From Pseudogymnoascus verrucosus (taxonomy: Eukaryota), in assembly GCA_001662655.1 (NCBI GenBank), contig KV460211.1: a stretch of 64,000 nt of DNA; one strand, 5' to 3'. Positions 37,468-48,735 of this stretch are shown piece by piece (the first letter of the stretch is position 1; the number at the start of each line of letters is the position of its first letter). Made by a program: the position numbers and the translations under genes. The notes beneath the pieces are model-generated. The model did no database searches. It saw nothing but the letters and a program-made list of their open reading frames with translations, and was not told where the DNA came from.

Positions 37468-38373
37468 ATGGCCGATTACAACTCCCTCAAGGTCCCCGAC
37501 CTTAAAAAGATCCTCACCGAGCGCGCTCTCCCCCTCTCAGGAAACAAAGCCGATCTCATCGCGCGCCTCCAGGAGGATGACAAGAAGAAAGCCCCCGTCA
37601 GCGCAGGTATGCCATCATCCCACATTATGCGCCCTTTGCGCCTGTCCCCCTTCTCTTCAATCGCACACTCGCTGACCTACTCAGCCCCAGCAGCTGCCGA
37701 TGACGAAATCGACTGGGACGAAGATGACAGCAAGGTCGCCCCTGGCGCGGCCACTACCACTGCAGCAGCAACCACCATCGCGGCTGGTGGACAAGGCGCA
37801 ATTGAGACACCTCTTGCAGTCCCGAACCAGAAGCAAGATATCGACCCAGCCACGACTTCGGATCTGAAGGTCACCGGCGGCGCAGATGCGCCTGCCGCCG
37901 CTGATGGCGCTGTAGCTGCGAGCGGAGAAGTTGAGGCGGTTGTTGTGGAGGAGCCGAAGCAGGATTTCAGCATTGGGCTACAGAAGACTGATGCAGAGAA
38001 GGAGGCAGAGCGCAGGGCGGCGCGCGCCAAGAAGTTTGGTATTGTGCCCGATGATGACGAGGTGAAGCGAGCAGAGCGGGCGAAGAAGTTTGGTGGCGGC
38101 GCGGAGGATGTGGATGTGAGTGGCTTGGATGGGGCACTGCCGGAGAGGAAGAAGAGGGGTAGGGAGGAGAGGGAGGGAAAGACTGGGAGGGAAGCAAAGA
38201 GGCAGACACCTGATAGGAGGGCAGAGCCACTGAAGAAGGAGGCGAGGCCGTCCGTGCCGAAGCAGGAGCCAAGGAAGGCGTATAAGAGTGTCATGGATGA
38301 CCCGGTAGAGAAGGCGAAGGCGGAGGCAAGGAGGCAGAAGTTCGCTTCCGCTCCTGCGCCAGCATCAACGTGA
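37468..38373 (+). CDS. SAP-domain RNP protein (Tho1/Mlo1/SARNP-like); one in-frame intron at about 37607-37685
   Basis: SAP domain YNSLKVPDLKKILTERALPLSGNKADLIARLQEDD, Tho1-type repeats RAARAKKFG/RAERAKKFG, and LDGALP. Confidence 0.9.
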   Translation: MADYNSLKVPDLKKILTERALPLSGNKADLIARLQEDDKKKAPVSAGMPSSHIMRPLRLSPFSSIAHSLTYSAPAAADDEIDWDEDDSKVAPGAATTTAAATTIAAGGQGAIETPLAVPNQKQDIDPATTSDLKVTGGADAPAAADGAVAASGEVEAVVVEEPKQDFSIGLQKTDAEKEAERRAARAKKFGIVPDDDEVKRAERAKKFGGGAEDVDVSGLDGALPERKKRGREEREGKTGREAKRQTPDRRAEPLKKEARPSVPKQEPRKAYKSVMDDPVEKAKAEARRQKFASAPAPAST

Positions 38374-39141
38374 GCGATGGGTGCAGTCGGGGACACTCTT
38401 GGGCGGTTTATATGCAGCCAGGCGCCGGGGGATACTTGTACACCAGCCGCATTTTCAATCACAGTGATGATTAAAATGACGTTATTAAGGGAGACCAGGG
38501 TTTAGGAGCCCGAATAGGTAGGTTTCTCAACGAGCGCGGCGTGCGGAAAATATATGGATATTTGTTTGCGGCCATACAGCATTTAGCTTCAAACTCGCGC
38601 GGGTCCGTGAATTGTGATTATGGTGGGCGTCTCATAGCATCAGCCGGATGTCTTCCAAGATCCAGAGTGCGAAACCAGTGCGTGTCTATCGAATGTCACA
38701 TCGACATTAAATATGCGCTCTCCGAACCAGAGTTCCAAGTCTAAGACACGGAGGCTTCTGATTTAAACGGAACAAAGATATCGTTTGGATGTTTGAGGAT
38801 ATATAGATAGACGACTATCTTTGTAAGTTTAGATTGGAAAGTTCTATATCTCTCTCAAGCTCCCCCATCGTCCCTTTTCCACTTCTTTCCACTTCCCATA
38901 ACCTTCTCTACTCTTTGACTCCACCTCGTCTCACACACCCTCTCATCGCCTATTCCCATTCTACTCCACCATCTTCAACATCAGCAATCCCTCTCTTCGC
39001 GAGCCTTCCACGCCCTCCTATCCAAAGCATCAATGTTGCTTTATCCTCACCCATATATCCCCCTTCCCTCTCCGCCATCCACGCACCTTCTCGCCCATCC
39101 CACCTTCTCTTTCTCCATCACCATTCGAGCGTCCATCCATC

Positions 39142-40644
39142 ATGCCTCGCTCACGCCGCAACAACCATCGCCGGTCCATAACCTCAATCCGTAGTACCAC
39201 ACAGTCACAGCCACATCGACCGCTCCCGAACGAACACGCTCCACTACCACAACAGCCGCTTCCGGATGCCCATGTACAGTCGCAACAGCCCCTCCCAAAT
39301 GCGCAGCAAGGTTTTGGAGCTATGGGAGGCCATTCCGTGAGCCTGCGAGGAGGGTTTAGGGGAGGGAGAGGCCGCGATGATGGGAACGGATGGGGCAGTG
39401 GGGGAGGGCATCAAAACAACAATTCCAATATGGGGAGTCTCGGATGGACAACTACGGAGACAGGGTCTGGGAATGGGGGAGAGGGGCAGAACAACAATAC
39501 TGGGGGCTCAGTGTGGACGAAAGCGGATACTGGAGGCGGAGGATTTTCTGGGATGCAGGGAGCTGGAGGTGCGCCTGTAGAAGGGGTAGATGTGCATATG
39601 GGGAGTTCAACAGCAGATGGTTCGGGTGTGGGGACTAGGTGGGGGGGTGATCCGCCGGGAAATGGTGGTGGCAATGATAATGGAGGCGGCAATAATAATG
39701 GCGGCAATTACAACCACAGACACAACAGCGACTATCGTGGCGGGCGGGGGGATGGAGGGAGAGGAGATTGGTGGGGAGATAGAGGCACCAGGGGTGGCAG
39801 AGGAGGCATAATAGGTAGAGGAGGCAGGGGAGATAGGGGTGGCAGAGGAGGCATAAGAGGTAGAGGAGGCAGGGGAGATTGGGGCGTCAGAGGAGACAGA
39901 GGAGGCAGAGATTGGGGCGGCGGAGGAATCAGAGGAGATAGGGGTGGCAGAGGCGGCAGGGCAGGCAGAGGGGCATGGGGTGGTCAAAGAGACACCCACG
40001 ACGCGCCAAACACACACAGCTCATCGGGCTGGGGCGAAACGGGCCATAGCTTTACAAATCAAACCGGGTGGGGACAAGGTACAGAGACACATACCGCAGC
40101 AAACACAGATGCATCATCGGCCTGGGGAGGGACAGGCACCAACGCCGTGGGAATAAATAATAACACTGGAAGCCGTGGCGACGGTGGGGATGCCAACAGC
40201 GGTTGGGGCGTCAACAGTGGCTGGGGCGTCAACAATAGCGTTCCTCAGACGGTATGGACCAGCACCGAGATTGAAAGAAACAAACGGCCCTCAGACCAGA
40301 GTGGAGGCAACGCAGCGAAGAAATTGAAGTCCTACGTCCTCCACGAGCTGGGACAAGTACGCCGGCGTGTCGAGGAATGGGAAGCGGGGTGGGATGAGGA
40401 GAGGGAGGGGGAAGGAGTGGTAGAGAGGGCTGTTGAGGGGGGAGGGCTGGTGGAGAAGATGGTGTGGCAGAGTGAGTCGACGTTTTTGGTCGTTTGGCCT
40501 GCGTGGATGTGGGGAGCGGCGGCAGCGGCGGGACTGGGTGAGTTTGGGGGGCGGTCTAGGATTGATGATAGGAGGTTTAGTTGGGCGAAGCAGATGCAAG
40601 GACAGAGAATGGTGGGGGCGGAAGGGGTGATGGAGCCAGAGTAA
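39142..40644 (+). CDS. Orphan Gly-rich disordered protein with RGG boxes and many GW/WG motifs
   Basis: 500-codon ORF with ATG after a pyrimidine-rich leader, an RGG/RG repeat core, and 14 Trp residues adjacent to Gly. Confidence 0.7.
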   Translation: MPRSRRNNHRRSITSIRSTTQSQPHRPLPNEHAPLPQQPLPDAHVQSQQPLPNAQQGFGAMGGHSVSLRGGFRGGRGRDDGNGWGSGGGHQNNNSNMGSLGWTTTETGSGNGGEGQNNNTGGSVWTKADTGGGGFSGMQGAGGAPVEGVDVHMGSSTADGSGVGTRWGGDPPGNGGGNDNGGGNNNGGNYNHRHNSDYRGGRGDGGRGDWWGDRGTRGGRGGIIGRGGRGDRGGRGGIRGRGGRGDWGVRGDRGGRDWGGGGIRGDRGGRGGRAGRGAWGGQRDTHDAPNTHSSSGWGETGHSFTNQTGWGQGTETHTAANTDASSAWGGTGTNAVGINNNTGSRGDGGDANSGWGVNSGWGVNNSVPQTVWTSTEIERNKRPSDQSGGNAAKKLKSYVLHELGQVRRRVEEWEAGWDEEREGEGVVERAVEGGGLVEKMVWQSESTFLVVWPAWMWGAAAAAGLGEFGGRSRIDDRRFSWAKQMQGQRMVGAEGVMEPE

Positions 40645-43600
40645 GAGGTTCGTGATTTGGGTTAGTTTTTCCGAGGGTATTAGGTTAAATTTGGTGGGAT
40701 GGGGGTGGTTTAAAGCAAAAGGGGGTAGTTGTGGGATTATTAGATGGCATCTTGGAGTTTTAAGGAGTTTACATCACCTTCATTGAATTAAACATTTTGA
40801 AAACTGAATTGGTATATTTTAAATTTTAATCGCCATATTTTTATTTATTTATTTATGTGTAAATTTATTCTCTGGCTGAGCCCAGAAAAACAACCAGTGT
40901 ATCATACTGCCCTACAATATATTAAAGCGATACTGTTTCACTTATAATATAATACGCTGAACCCACAACTGAATCGTCTAGACTGGAAAGGGGGCAACAA
41001 CATTGATAGGGGAAGGAAGAAACGACGGACCACCCTTACGACGAACCAACACCACAAACTTCAGGGACCCCCTAAAATCTGACTGATCACTTATCAACAT
41101 CAATATTCCAGTTGTTGACCCGCGCTGACTATTGGAATAGCAAACACCGAGAAGGGGAACCAGGAGAAAACATGGCGATGTGACGTATCAAAACACAAAG
41201 AATATTCAACAAAGCTCTGCTTGGCGCGCCTAGATCTTATCATCCCATTAAAGCGAGTTACGGGTCAGTCTTACAAGCGTGACTTTCCAAGGCTGAATCA
41301 GCATTCCTTCAATAAATCGACGCGTTTATTCCTCACCAACGGCGTTGGATTCCTTCGATATGCCACACCAATAAAGCTTTCCGCAATCGGGGCATATCTC
41401 CCATCCTTCAGAGACATTGTGGTAAGCTACCCACATGGGCCGGGCCATTCCTCCCACTCTGACCCGCACCCGTCAACGAAGTCCACACCCTCTTTGAAGA
41501 ATTATACCAGGAAGAGGACACCACTTCGCCATCACGTTACTTTCAATAGCTGCGGGCGTCGAGGCGCCAGTCACAATGGCCTTGTCCAATCAGAGGTCTA
41601 GGAACCCTGTTCACTGAGCACACATTCCAGAAGAGGGTCTTCAGCATGAATCAAGCGCCCACCCTCCAACTTTTGCATCTCGTCGATTTGGGAGACATTC
41701 AAATTCAGCATGTTCGCAAAAGAATTATTAGGCTTCAATTTTTGAGAGTTTTGCGAATGCCACGTCAATTATCGGCGTTCCCTTGAAAGCAGACGTTTCG
41801 TGTGTGGCGAGTGCTTTCTGCATTGACTGCGCCTCACTTGGGATGGAGCGTTGGTCCTAGCTGCGTCACCGCATGCATAGCTCAGCTATGCTGGGAGACA
41901 GAAAATTCTAGTCATGCCGATCGCCCTGCGAGACAGTTTTACAAGGGAGGGATCCCCAGGACGTTGAATTGAGCAATATGGAATGTTGTTATTGTGTCGG
42001 GATTGGTAGAGTCAGGCGTGACTCTCCTATCAGTCGCACTGGAGACGGATAGATACACGTACATTCAGCTCATTACTAGCATGTACTAGGCAAGAGGATC
42101 ATTCAGGGTTTCTTGCTGGCCGTTGCAATCAATGTCGTCGCCATACAGCGACGTATGGTGCTGTACAATAGCTGATAGGAGTTCTCCCTCCGACAATATG
42201 TCAGGGGGTACTGCCTATGACTCTAGGATATGCTATCGCAGCGTCGCAACAGGCTCGTGGGCTCTTCATGGGACGAGATCACGAGATGGCAGCATCCTAC
42301 AGTGGAGACTGGGTTACATGGCGTGATTAGAGCTCTCTTTTCAACGCCTGCGGGTAAGGAGAGACATCTCCATGACTAGACAGAGACAATTGAGGGTCCT
42401 GTTTCACGCGGGATAGTGCTTTAGTGCTTTAGCTTACGGGGGCCAGACGGGAAAGTTGGGGGAGCCGCTGGACTATTAATCGGTTGGGTGTGAATAATCG
42501 GGATTTTTTTTCACTCCCTCCAATGACATTACAGAAGTGCCTAGCCTCAAAATATCGCCAATCCCATATGGCCGTTCTGAAAATGGATGGAGGCGGTTCG
42601 AGAGTCGCCCATCCAGTCAAACGAGACCGTGAGATAGTTGGCTGTTGAAGGCATATGGGATCCGCGCACCGCGAGGGGGCTGATCCGAGCCGTCGCGGAA
42701 GAACCTGTTGGTGGAGAGACGGCCGCCAAAACGCAAGGGCAGGGCTGGTGAACGCGTCTAGGCATCACGGGAGTTCCGTAAAAAGGCTGACTGAAAGCTG
42801 ATGATCCAACAGGTCAGGTGTAAGGCACATGATGAAGGCACCCAATGACAGATAGAAATGCAGGTCAAGTTCCAAGGCTTGAGCAAGCTGCATACATAGC
42901 ACTGTTTCCTACAGACCGCTCCTGCGACCTTACAGAAATAGAGCACTATATGGTACTTAACATGGGCCTGTATAGGCCCATTGCGACCAACAAGCGCCAT
43001 CGTCTGTGGGATGATCGCCACCGCCGACAAGAGACGTGCAGATGTCCCGCTTTTCCCTCCCACTTAGCCGGCGAATGGAGAGTGTGTGACTTGCGACTAT
43101 TACTGGAATTCAACCAATTCTGCCTCATCACAAAGTACCCATTGGACAAAAAGCATGTATGAAAATCCACCTGGATGTCCATCATAGGCCACGGATACCG
43201 CGAGCATATATGTGTTTCCCATCCATGCATGTCCGCGTAGGCACATTGGCGTGCTTGTGGCGGTGATGGGCGCAGCAGCCTCCGCGTTCGCGATTCCACC
43301 CTCCACAGTTCCTACCTTAGTCTCCTCCAAAATGGCAAGATGCGGCCTTCGATTTGCCTGGTTGTCCTACTCCAGCCCTGGTATAGGAGCTCTGCTTCGC
43401 CGATTCTACTGCGTCTCGGCGTCTCCTATTGCTTCGCTCATGCAGGGCCCATGGTCGTGCCCGACGAGTCGTATCGCGATGTTCGTTAGGTTGACCGCCA
43501 CGAGCAATACTCGTCCTATACAAGACTGCTCTTTCGCCTCTTTCAGATACACCTCTCCATCTATCCCAAGCTACTCCCAGCCCACGCCCCCCATCAATTC

Positions 43601-44233
43601 GACTTTTTAAGACATCCCGGGTCTTACTTTCCTATCGACAAGCGCCCTTACAGGGTCCACACCATCGACCCCGCTACCGAGACCGCTCTCCACTTGGGAT
43701 CTGTCAAACAGACGGCCCCATCAGTGTGTTGACCTCCACAACAGAGCGGTAACTTGGACCATAGAGGTCGAGGCTGCTTGCCTGTAAAGACCATTGGATA
43801 TATACAGCAACTACCGCCACTGCCGTCTATTTTCGCCCCCATATATACTTGTTCCCGGAGCATTGGGCGTCGTTTGCCGTTTATCATCGCATCTTTTATC
43901 CCACTTCCTGCCTTCGTTTGCCTGGGCGCTCGCAACGGGAGCAACATTCTACTATTGTTTGATACATAGTGGAACTCGTCTTTTGATCCTGCGTTTTATT
44001 TTTGACTGCTTTTATTGCAAGATTTAATTAATCGTCCTCGCGGGCGTAGCTATTTCTCCGTACGGGTAAGACTCATCGCCCGATCTTTCCACTGTCCCTC
44101 CCTTGGCTCACCTCACATTGCCCCTAGATACCGACGACTATAAAGCATCAGTTCTTACGAATGACTATGCTAAATATCATATCAAGTGCATCTTTATAAT
44201 CCAACGTTCTCCTAGAAATTTCGCATACAGGGC

Positions 44234-44254
44234 ATGAGGGGCGTTGATTTATAA
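44234..44254 (+). promoter_or_regulatory. 6-codon uORF whose stop overlaps the main ATG (TAATG)
   Basis: ATG AGG GGC GTT GAT TTA TAA, with the last A being the A of ATG 44254. Lies just after a candidate 5'UTR intron (GTAAGA 44066..CAG 44230). Confidence 0.5.
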
Positions 44255-47200
44255 TGGCCTCGTATAGATCTGGGTTTGATCCGCCCACGAGGCCTGAATA
44301 CAGATATCAAAATACAAGGACTGGACATTACGTGGCCAACTCAACTGGCATCCAAGGAGCGAAGCGTGTGGAAAGGCCCTTTGAAGAGCCGGTAAAGATG
44401 AGGGTGCCTGTGCAGATGGAACCAAGGCTGGAAGCGCCAAAGAATTATGGGCGCCCATCGAATCTGCCAAAACCTCGCCCAGGTGCGAATCCATCGGAAT
44501 ATATGCCCACTGGAAGATCGAACTTTGGCTTTCGTCGACCTTCTGCGGCACGATCTACCGATGACGAGTCTGAGCCGCAACAGCCGCGAAACCTGAGAAA
44601 GAAACCATCCATTATTACCCAACCGATCAAGAATACCCACCCCAATAACCTGGCGGATCCTTCTCCACCATGGCCACTGCAACATTCGAAACAACACAAC
44701 CAAGCCTCCATGCGAGCCCCCGAGGAACTCGGATACTATCCTGAACCGACAATACCAGTCCTCGATAACTCACCCCAGATAATACCTGAGCTTGATAGAT
44801 ATCGCTTTGGAACAACTGCGCCTGCAAACCTGTATCAGAGGGACGTGTCGGATATACCGTACAAGCTGTCGACACAGGACTTGCCGCCAAACCCTACCCC
44901 GTTGAGCTCAGGGCTCAGCGGCCATAGCCAGTATAGTGTCTTCAGCGGATTTAGTGCAAGCCCATCAACCCGATTCTCCGAATCACCTGCGCCTGGGCCT
45001 TACAGTAGGGACACTACTCCTACCTCGATGTCTTCGCAGTCTCCTGGACTTATGGTTCCCCTCAGAGGAACACCTCGTTTGCGGCAAGGAAGCCCCATGG
45101 ACAACCGTCCCCCAGTAACTAGAAGGCGCATGGGCAGCGCCTCGGAGGAAAACGACGCCGTAGCACCTGATGGAAATGGGCTCCCCGCACTTCGAGAATC
45201 ACTTACCTCCTCTTCATCCAACTCCACTGTCATGGATCGCGGGAAAGATAAGAAAAACGATAGCGGCAAGAAAAAGAAGAAGCGTTTGTCACCTCTACCT
45301 CCTAGCCCGCCTCCGAGAAGGTCATCGCAGAAATTCAAAGAAGCTTCCTCGGCAGATAACTCGCCATCGAAGGCATCAAAGTCCCCTGCGCGCCCAGTTA
45401 TGAATGCTGCGCCAGCCACAAATCTCCCAAATAGGAATGTCACTTCACCGCGGACTAACATCACATCGCCAAACCTTGGACAAGCTGCCGGACCACCTCG
45501 TCGACCCAGTCGCGATGGCACACCAGACCTTCGAGACATCAAAGATACTGTCAATGTTGTACAATCGAATCTATCGGGCGTTCCTGCTGCAGCAGACCGT
45601 CGTTTAAGTGGACAAGGATTTGGCGGTGGCCTCACCGCTCCATCTCAAGCAGGAGCTGCTACCCGTCCCGGCACGAAATCTCGCCTGCCGAGAAGCGGTG
45701 CTCCAAGCCCAGTGAATCAAGTACACCGCGAGCCTACACCTTCACCAGCTGGCCTTGGTATCATTCCTGACCTTCGTCCTGAACCGACTCAAACGCGCTC
45801 TGGTCTTCGCACACCCAGCCCGTCAGCACAAGTACCTAAACATCGCTTTGGATTATTTGGGAGGCGCACAAAAACCGCCCCCGGAGATATTCCGACTACA
45901 GATAAGCAGGAGAAGACAACAAGAAAGGGCCCAGCTGCTGGCACAGGACACGAGGGATATCGCTTTGGATCTCGTGGACACAACACTACTGGCAACCGGG
46001 AAAGGAGGCCAAGTAATGCGGGTTCCATTGGCTCTCAAGATAGCTATTCGAGTCTAACAGCGATGCATGATCCCTTCTTGTCGCAGAGAATGAGCCCAGT
46101 CGTCATTTCTGGAGGTGGTGAGGTCAAGGAAAACTTCAACAACAGCTTGGATCTCAGCCGCACCGAAAGCAACCAGAGCCTGCCGTTGACACGCCCGAGC
46201 CTAGAATCCAAGGGAAGCGCTATGTCGTCGAGGTCCAACCTCAATAGTGAAGCTCAGAGGGCGACATTATGGCCATCGGCGATGCCGCGGAACGCCACTG
46301 CGAACAATAGCTCAGTGTCTCTCGCTTCAAAAGCCACTTTAGTATCTGACACTAGCGACAATGATAGCTTCTACCCAAAGAAGTCCCTTGCTGTGAGAAG
46401 GTCACTACTACGACTCAATAAGAGCGAGCTTCAGAGCCTGAATCTCCCAGCTCCAATCAAGATACCCGCTGCTGGCGAATCAGGACTGAGCAGTCTAGAT
46501 ACTGCGTATGTTTCCGATGGATCACGAGCAGACCGAGGAAGGAAAAGGAATGGACCCAATAAGCTTACGAAGCGCACCACCTCGCCAGCGAAAAAGTGGA
46601 ATTTCTTCCAACGAGCGAAGAACGCGAAGACGGAGCAGAAACCAGTGCCTGTGGTTGTTTCCCCGGAGGAGAAAGATGTCCCATTTTACGCTATTATGGA
46701 TTCATCTGAGCCGGACGAGGACAGGGTCTTGAGCGCCGAGGACATCGAAAATATTTTGCGAGAAGCTGAGGCTGCAGAGTTGCTGAAGTCTGGGAAATCG
46801 AGCGATATGCCGCCGCCGCCAAAAACCCCTGTTTCAAAACCATCGCCAGCACCAACTCAGCAAGATGTACCGGCAACGGCTCCAAATGGCCCAGGAATAC
46901 CGAAAATGTGGAAAATGGAAGAGCGGCCTGAGCCAGCGGCTGCCCGACCAAGTAGACTCGCTCAAGTTGGCCGCATTCCTAGAGTGGTCCAAGCCAGGCC
47001 TGACACTACATCACCAAAGTCATTTTCTCGTCCTTTTGCGAGGATTAGCATGATCAAGGAGCCCGGGATGCTCCCTATTGTCGACCCGAACTCTGTTGCA
47101 AATGGCCCAAGCCCAGAGAGGTCTCCAAACCGGCAACCGCTTCCAGATAATTCTGCACCAACTTCCCAGCTGCCTTTCCTTGTGATCTCGCCAAGGAAAG

Positions 47201-48735
47201 GTTCTGAGACCGGCACCAGTTTCAGCTCTGGTACTGGAAGCAGCTATGCCGGAACTACGGCCATTATTCCAAAAGCCGACGATGCTCTGGAAGAGGACGA
47301 GGTCTGGTTTGAGTATGATGATCTGATCGGCCAGACCGATGCTGACAAGGTCCCTCTATCGGCTACTTCCTCGCACGGTGTGCCATTTCAATACGAAGAA
47401 TTTGAGACTAGACGAACCAGACGGTATCAAGCTAAGGACTCGCCTGCCATTGATGCCGTGGCTGTAATGCCACCAACTGATGAGAAGTCGAGGGTGCCAA
47501 AATTGGCCGATCCCCGCCCTCCAAGCCTGAGGACAACCGTTAGGAACGCCCTTGGGGCTCCTAGCCCTACCACGCCAATGTCCTTTACGGACGTTATATT
47601 AGCGTATGGTGATAGAACTTCCAGCAGCGCTAAGGCTAGGCGTATCTCATCTTACCACAGCCAAAACGAGCTACGACCCGCATCGGGACATTCGAAGTCC
47701 GCCTCAACGAGCGATGTATCTCGTCGATCTAACGAGTTGGATGAACCGAAGTTGGAGCCAGTCCAGGAGTCGCCAGCTGCTCAAGTCAACCTCCGCATTG
47801 GCTCAATGACTGTTAGCAAGTGGTTGACTTTCGGACATGTTCTTTTCAGTCCTGCGCGAGAGTTGCTTCTCAACCCAGATCACACAAAGCATCACTCTAT
47901 TCTCGTGATTGATGGACTTGGCAACGACGATTGGTCTTTCTATGCTGCGGAGACATACCCAGAGACTACCTTTTACAATCTGTCGCCCACACCTGGCCGC
48001 AACAGTGGCAAGCGCATGTCGGTATCGGCCGTTGCTCTTCCTGCGCCCCCGGAAAACCACCGTCAAGTGCAGCATATGAATCTGATATCGAAGTTTCCGT
48101 TCACCCCGAGCACGTTCACTGTCGTTGTCCTGCGTTTCCCACCTGCAGGCCCGGAATCCCTGATGAAGCATCTGATCGCAGAGTCTAAGCGCGTTCTCAA
48201 GCCCTCTGGGTACCTCGAGATGTCAATTCTGGACCTCGACATGATGAACATGGGTCCCAAGACAAGGCGCGCAGTTCGCAAGCTCAAGATCGGCATCAGC
48301 GCGCGGAACCCAGAAGTTAACTTGGTTTCCATGGCTGATACGGTGCTGCGACTGACTGGCAAGCGAGGCTTCACTGATTTGAAGAGCTGCAATGTGGGCG
48401 TCCCTGTTGCGAGCGTTGTGCCCAATACCTCCAGCGATGGCACGCCAGCAAGCAGTGACGGCGGGTCGAAGAAGGATGTCAGCCTAGCTGACCTGATGAA
48501 GGATTCTAGTGCCCAAGGTGACGAGGGCATCACGAAGATGGTGGCGAAGGTCGGGAGATGGTGGTTCAGTCGGTGCTATGAGAGCGATACCCTGGCACCT
48601 AGCACCAATGGACAGAGCATATTTGCCGATGGCAAGGTCATTGAGGAAGCGGAGAGGTGGGAGACTAATTTCAAGCTACTGGTTGCTTATGCGCAGAAGC
48701 CCGAGGTGCCAAGGCGCCGGACGGCGAGTGTTTGA
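44254..48735 (+). CDS. Large Ser/Pro-rich protein with C-terminal class I SAM-methyltransferase-like domain
   Basis: 1493-aa intronless ORF. C-terminal VNLR.GSMTVSKWLTFGHVLFSP..ILVIDGLGNDDWSFYAAETYP..ESKRVLKPSGYLEMSILDLD..VAKVGRWW. Confidence 0.85.
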   Translation: MASYRSGFDPPTRPEYRYQNTRTGHYVANSTGIQGAKRVERPFEEPVKMRVPVQMEPRLEAPKNYGRPSNLPKPRPGANPSEYMPTGRSNFGFRRPSAARSTDDESEPQQPRNLRKKPSIITQPIKNTHPNNLADPSPPWPLQHSKQHNQASMRAPEELGYYPEPTIPVLDNSPQIIPELDRYRFGTTAPANLYQRDVSDIPYKLSTQDLPPNPTPLSSGLSGHSQYSVFSGFSASPSTRFSESPAPGPYSRDTTPTSMSSQSPGLMVPLRGTPRLRQGSPMDNRPPVTRRRMGSASEENDAVAPDGNGLPALRESLTSSSSNSTVMDRGKDKKNDSGKKKKKRLSPLPPSPPPRRSSQKFKEASSADNSPSKASKSPARPVMNAAPATNLPNRNVTSPRTNITSPNLGQAAGPPRRPSRDGTPDLRDIKDTVNVVQSNLSGVPAAADRRLSGQGFGGGLTAPSQAGAATRPGTKSRLPRSGAPSPVNQVHREPTPSPAGLGIIPDLRPEPTQTRSGLRTPSPSAQVPKHRFGLFGRRTKTAPGDIPTTDKQEKTTRKGPAAGTGHEGYRFGSRGHNTTGNRERRPSNAGSIGSQDSYSSLTAMHDPFLSQRMSPVVISGGGEVKENFNNSLDLSRTESNQSLPLTRPSLESKGSAMSSRSNLNSEAQRATLWPSAMPRNATANNSSVSLASKATLVSDTSDNDSFYPKKSLAVRRSLLRLNKSELQSLNLPAPIKIPAAGESGLSSLDTAYVSDGSRADRGRKRNGPNKLTKRTTSPAKKWNFFQRAKNAKTEQKPVPVVVSPEEKDVPFYAIMDSSEPDEDRVLSAEDIENILREAEAAELLKSGKSSDMPPPPKTPVSKPSPAPTQQDVPATAPNGPGIPKMWKMEERPEPAAARPSRLAQVGRIPRVVQARPDTTSPKSFSRPFARISMIKEPGMLPIVDPNSVANGPSPERSPNRQPLPDNSAPTSQLPFLVISPRKGSETGTSFSSGTGSSYAGTTAIIPKADDALEEDEVWFEYDDLIGQTDADKVPLSATSSHGVPFQYEEFETRRTRRYQAKDSPAIDAVAVMPPTDEKSRVPKLADPRPPSLRTTVRNALGAPSPTTPMSFTDVILAYGDRTSSSAKARRISSYHSQNELRPASGHSKSASTSDVSRRSNELDEPKLEPVQESPAAQVNLRIGSMTVSKWLTFGHVLFSPARELLLNPDHTKHHSILVIDGLGNDDWSFYAAETYPETTFYNLSPTPGRNSGKRMSVSAVALPAPPENHRQVQHMNLISKFPFTPSTFTVVVLRFPPAGPESLMKHLIAESKRVLKPSGYLEMSILDLDMMNMGPKTRRAVRKLKIGISARNPEVNLVSMADTVLRLTGKRGFTDLKSCNVGVPVASVVPNTSSDGTPASSDGGSKKDVSLADLMKDSSAQGDEGITKMVAKVGRWWFSRCYESDTLAPSTNGQSIFADGKVIEEAERWETNFKLLVAYAQKPEVPRRRTASV

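Noticed and set aside
37677..38462. 261-aa minus-strand ORF
   Set aside because: Antisense shadow of the SAP/Tho1 gene.
40700..44000. Multiple 60-130 aa ORFs upstream of the methyltransferase-domain gene
   Set aside because: Mostly non-ATG starts, overlapping on both strands and without motifs; treated as a long regulatory/UTR region.
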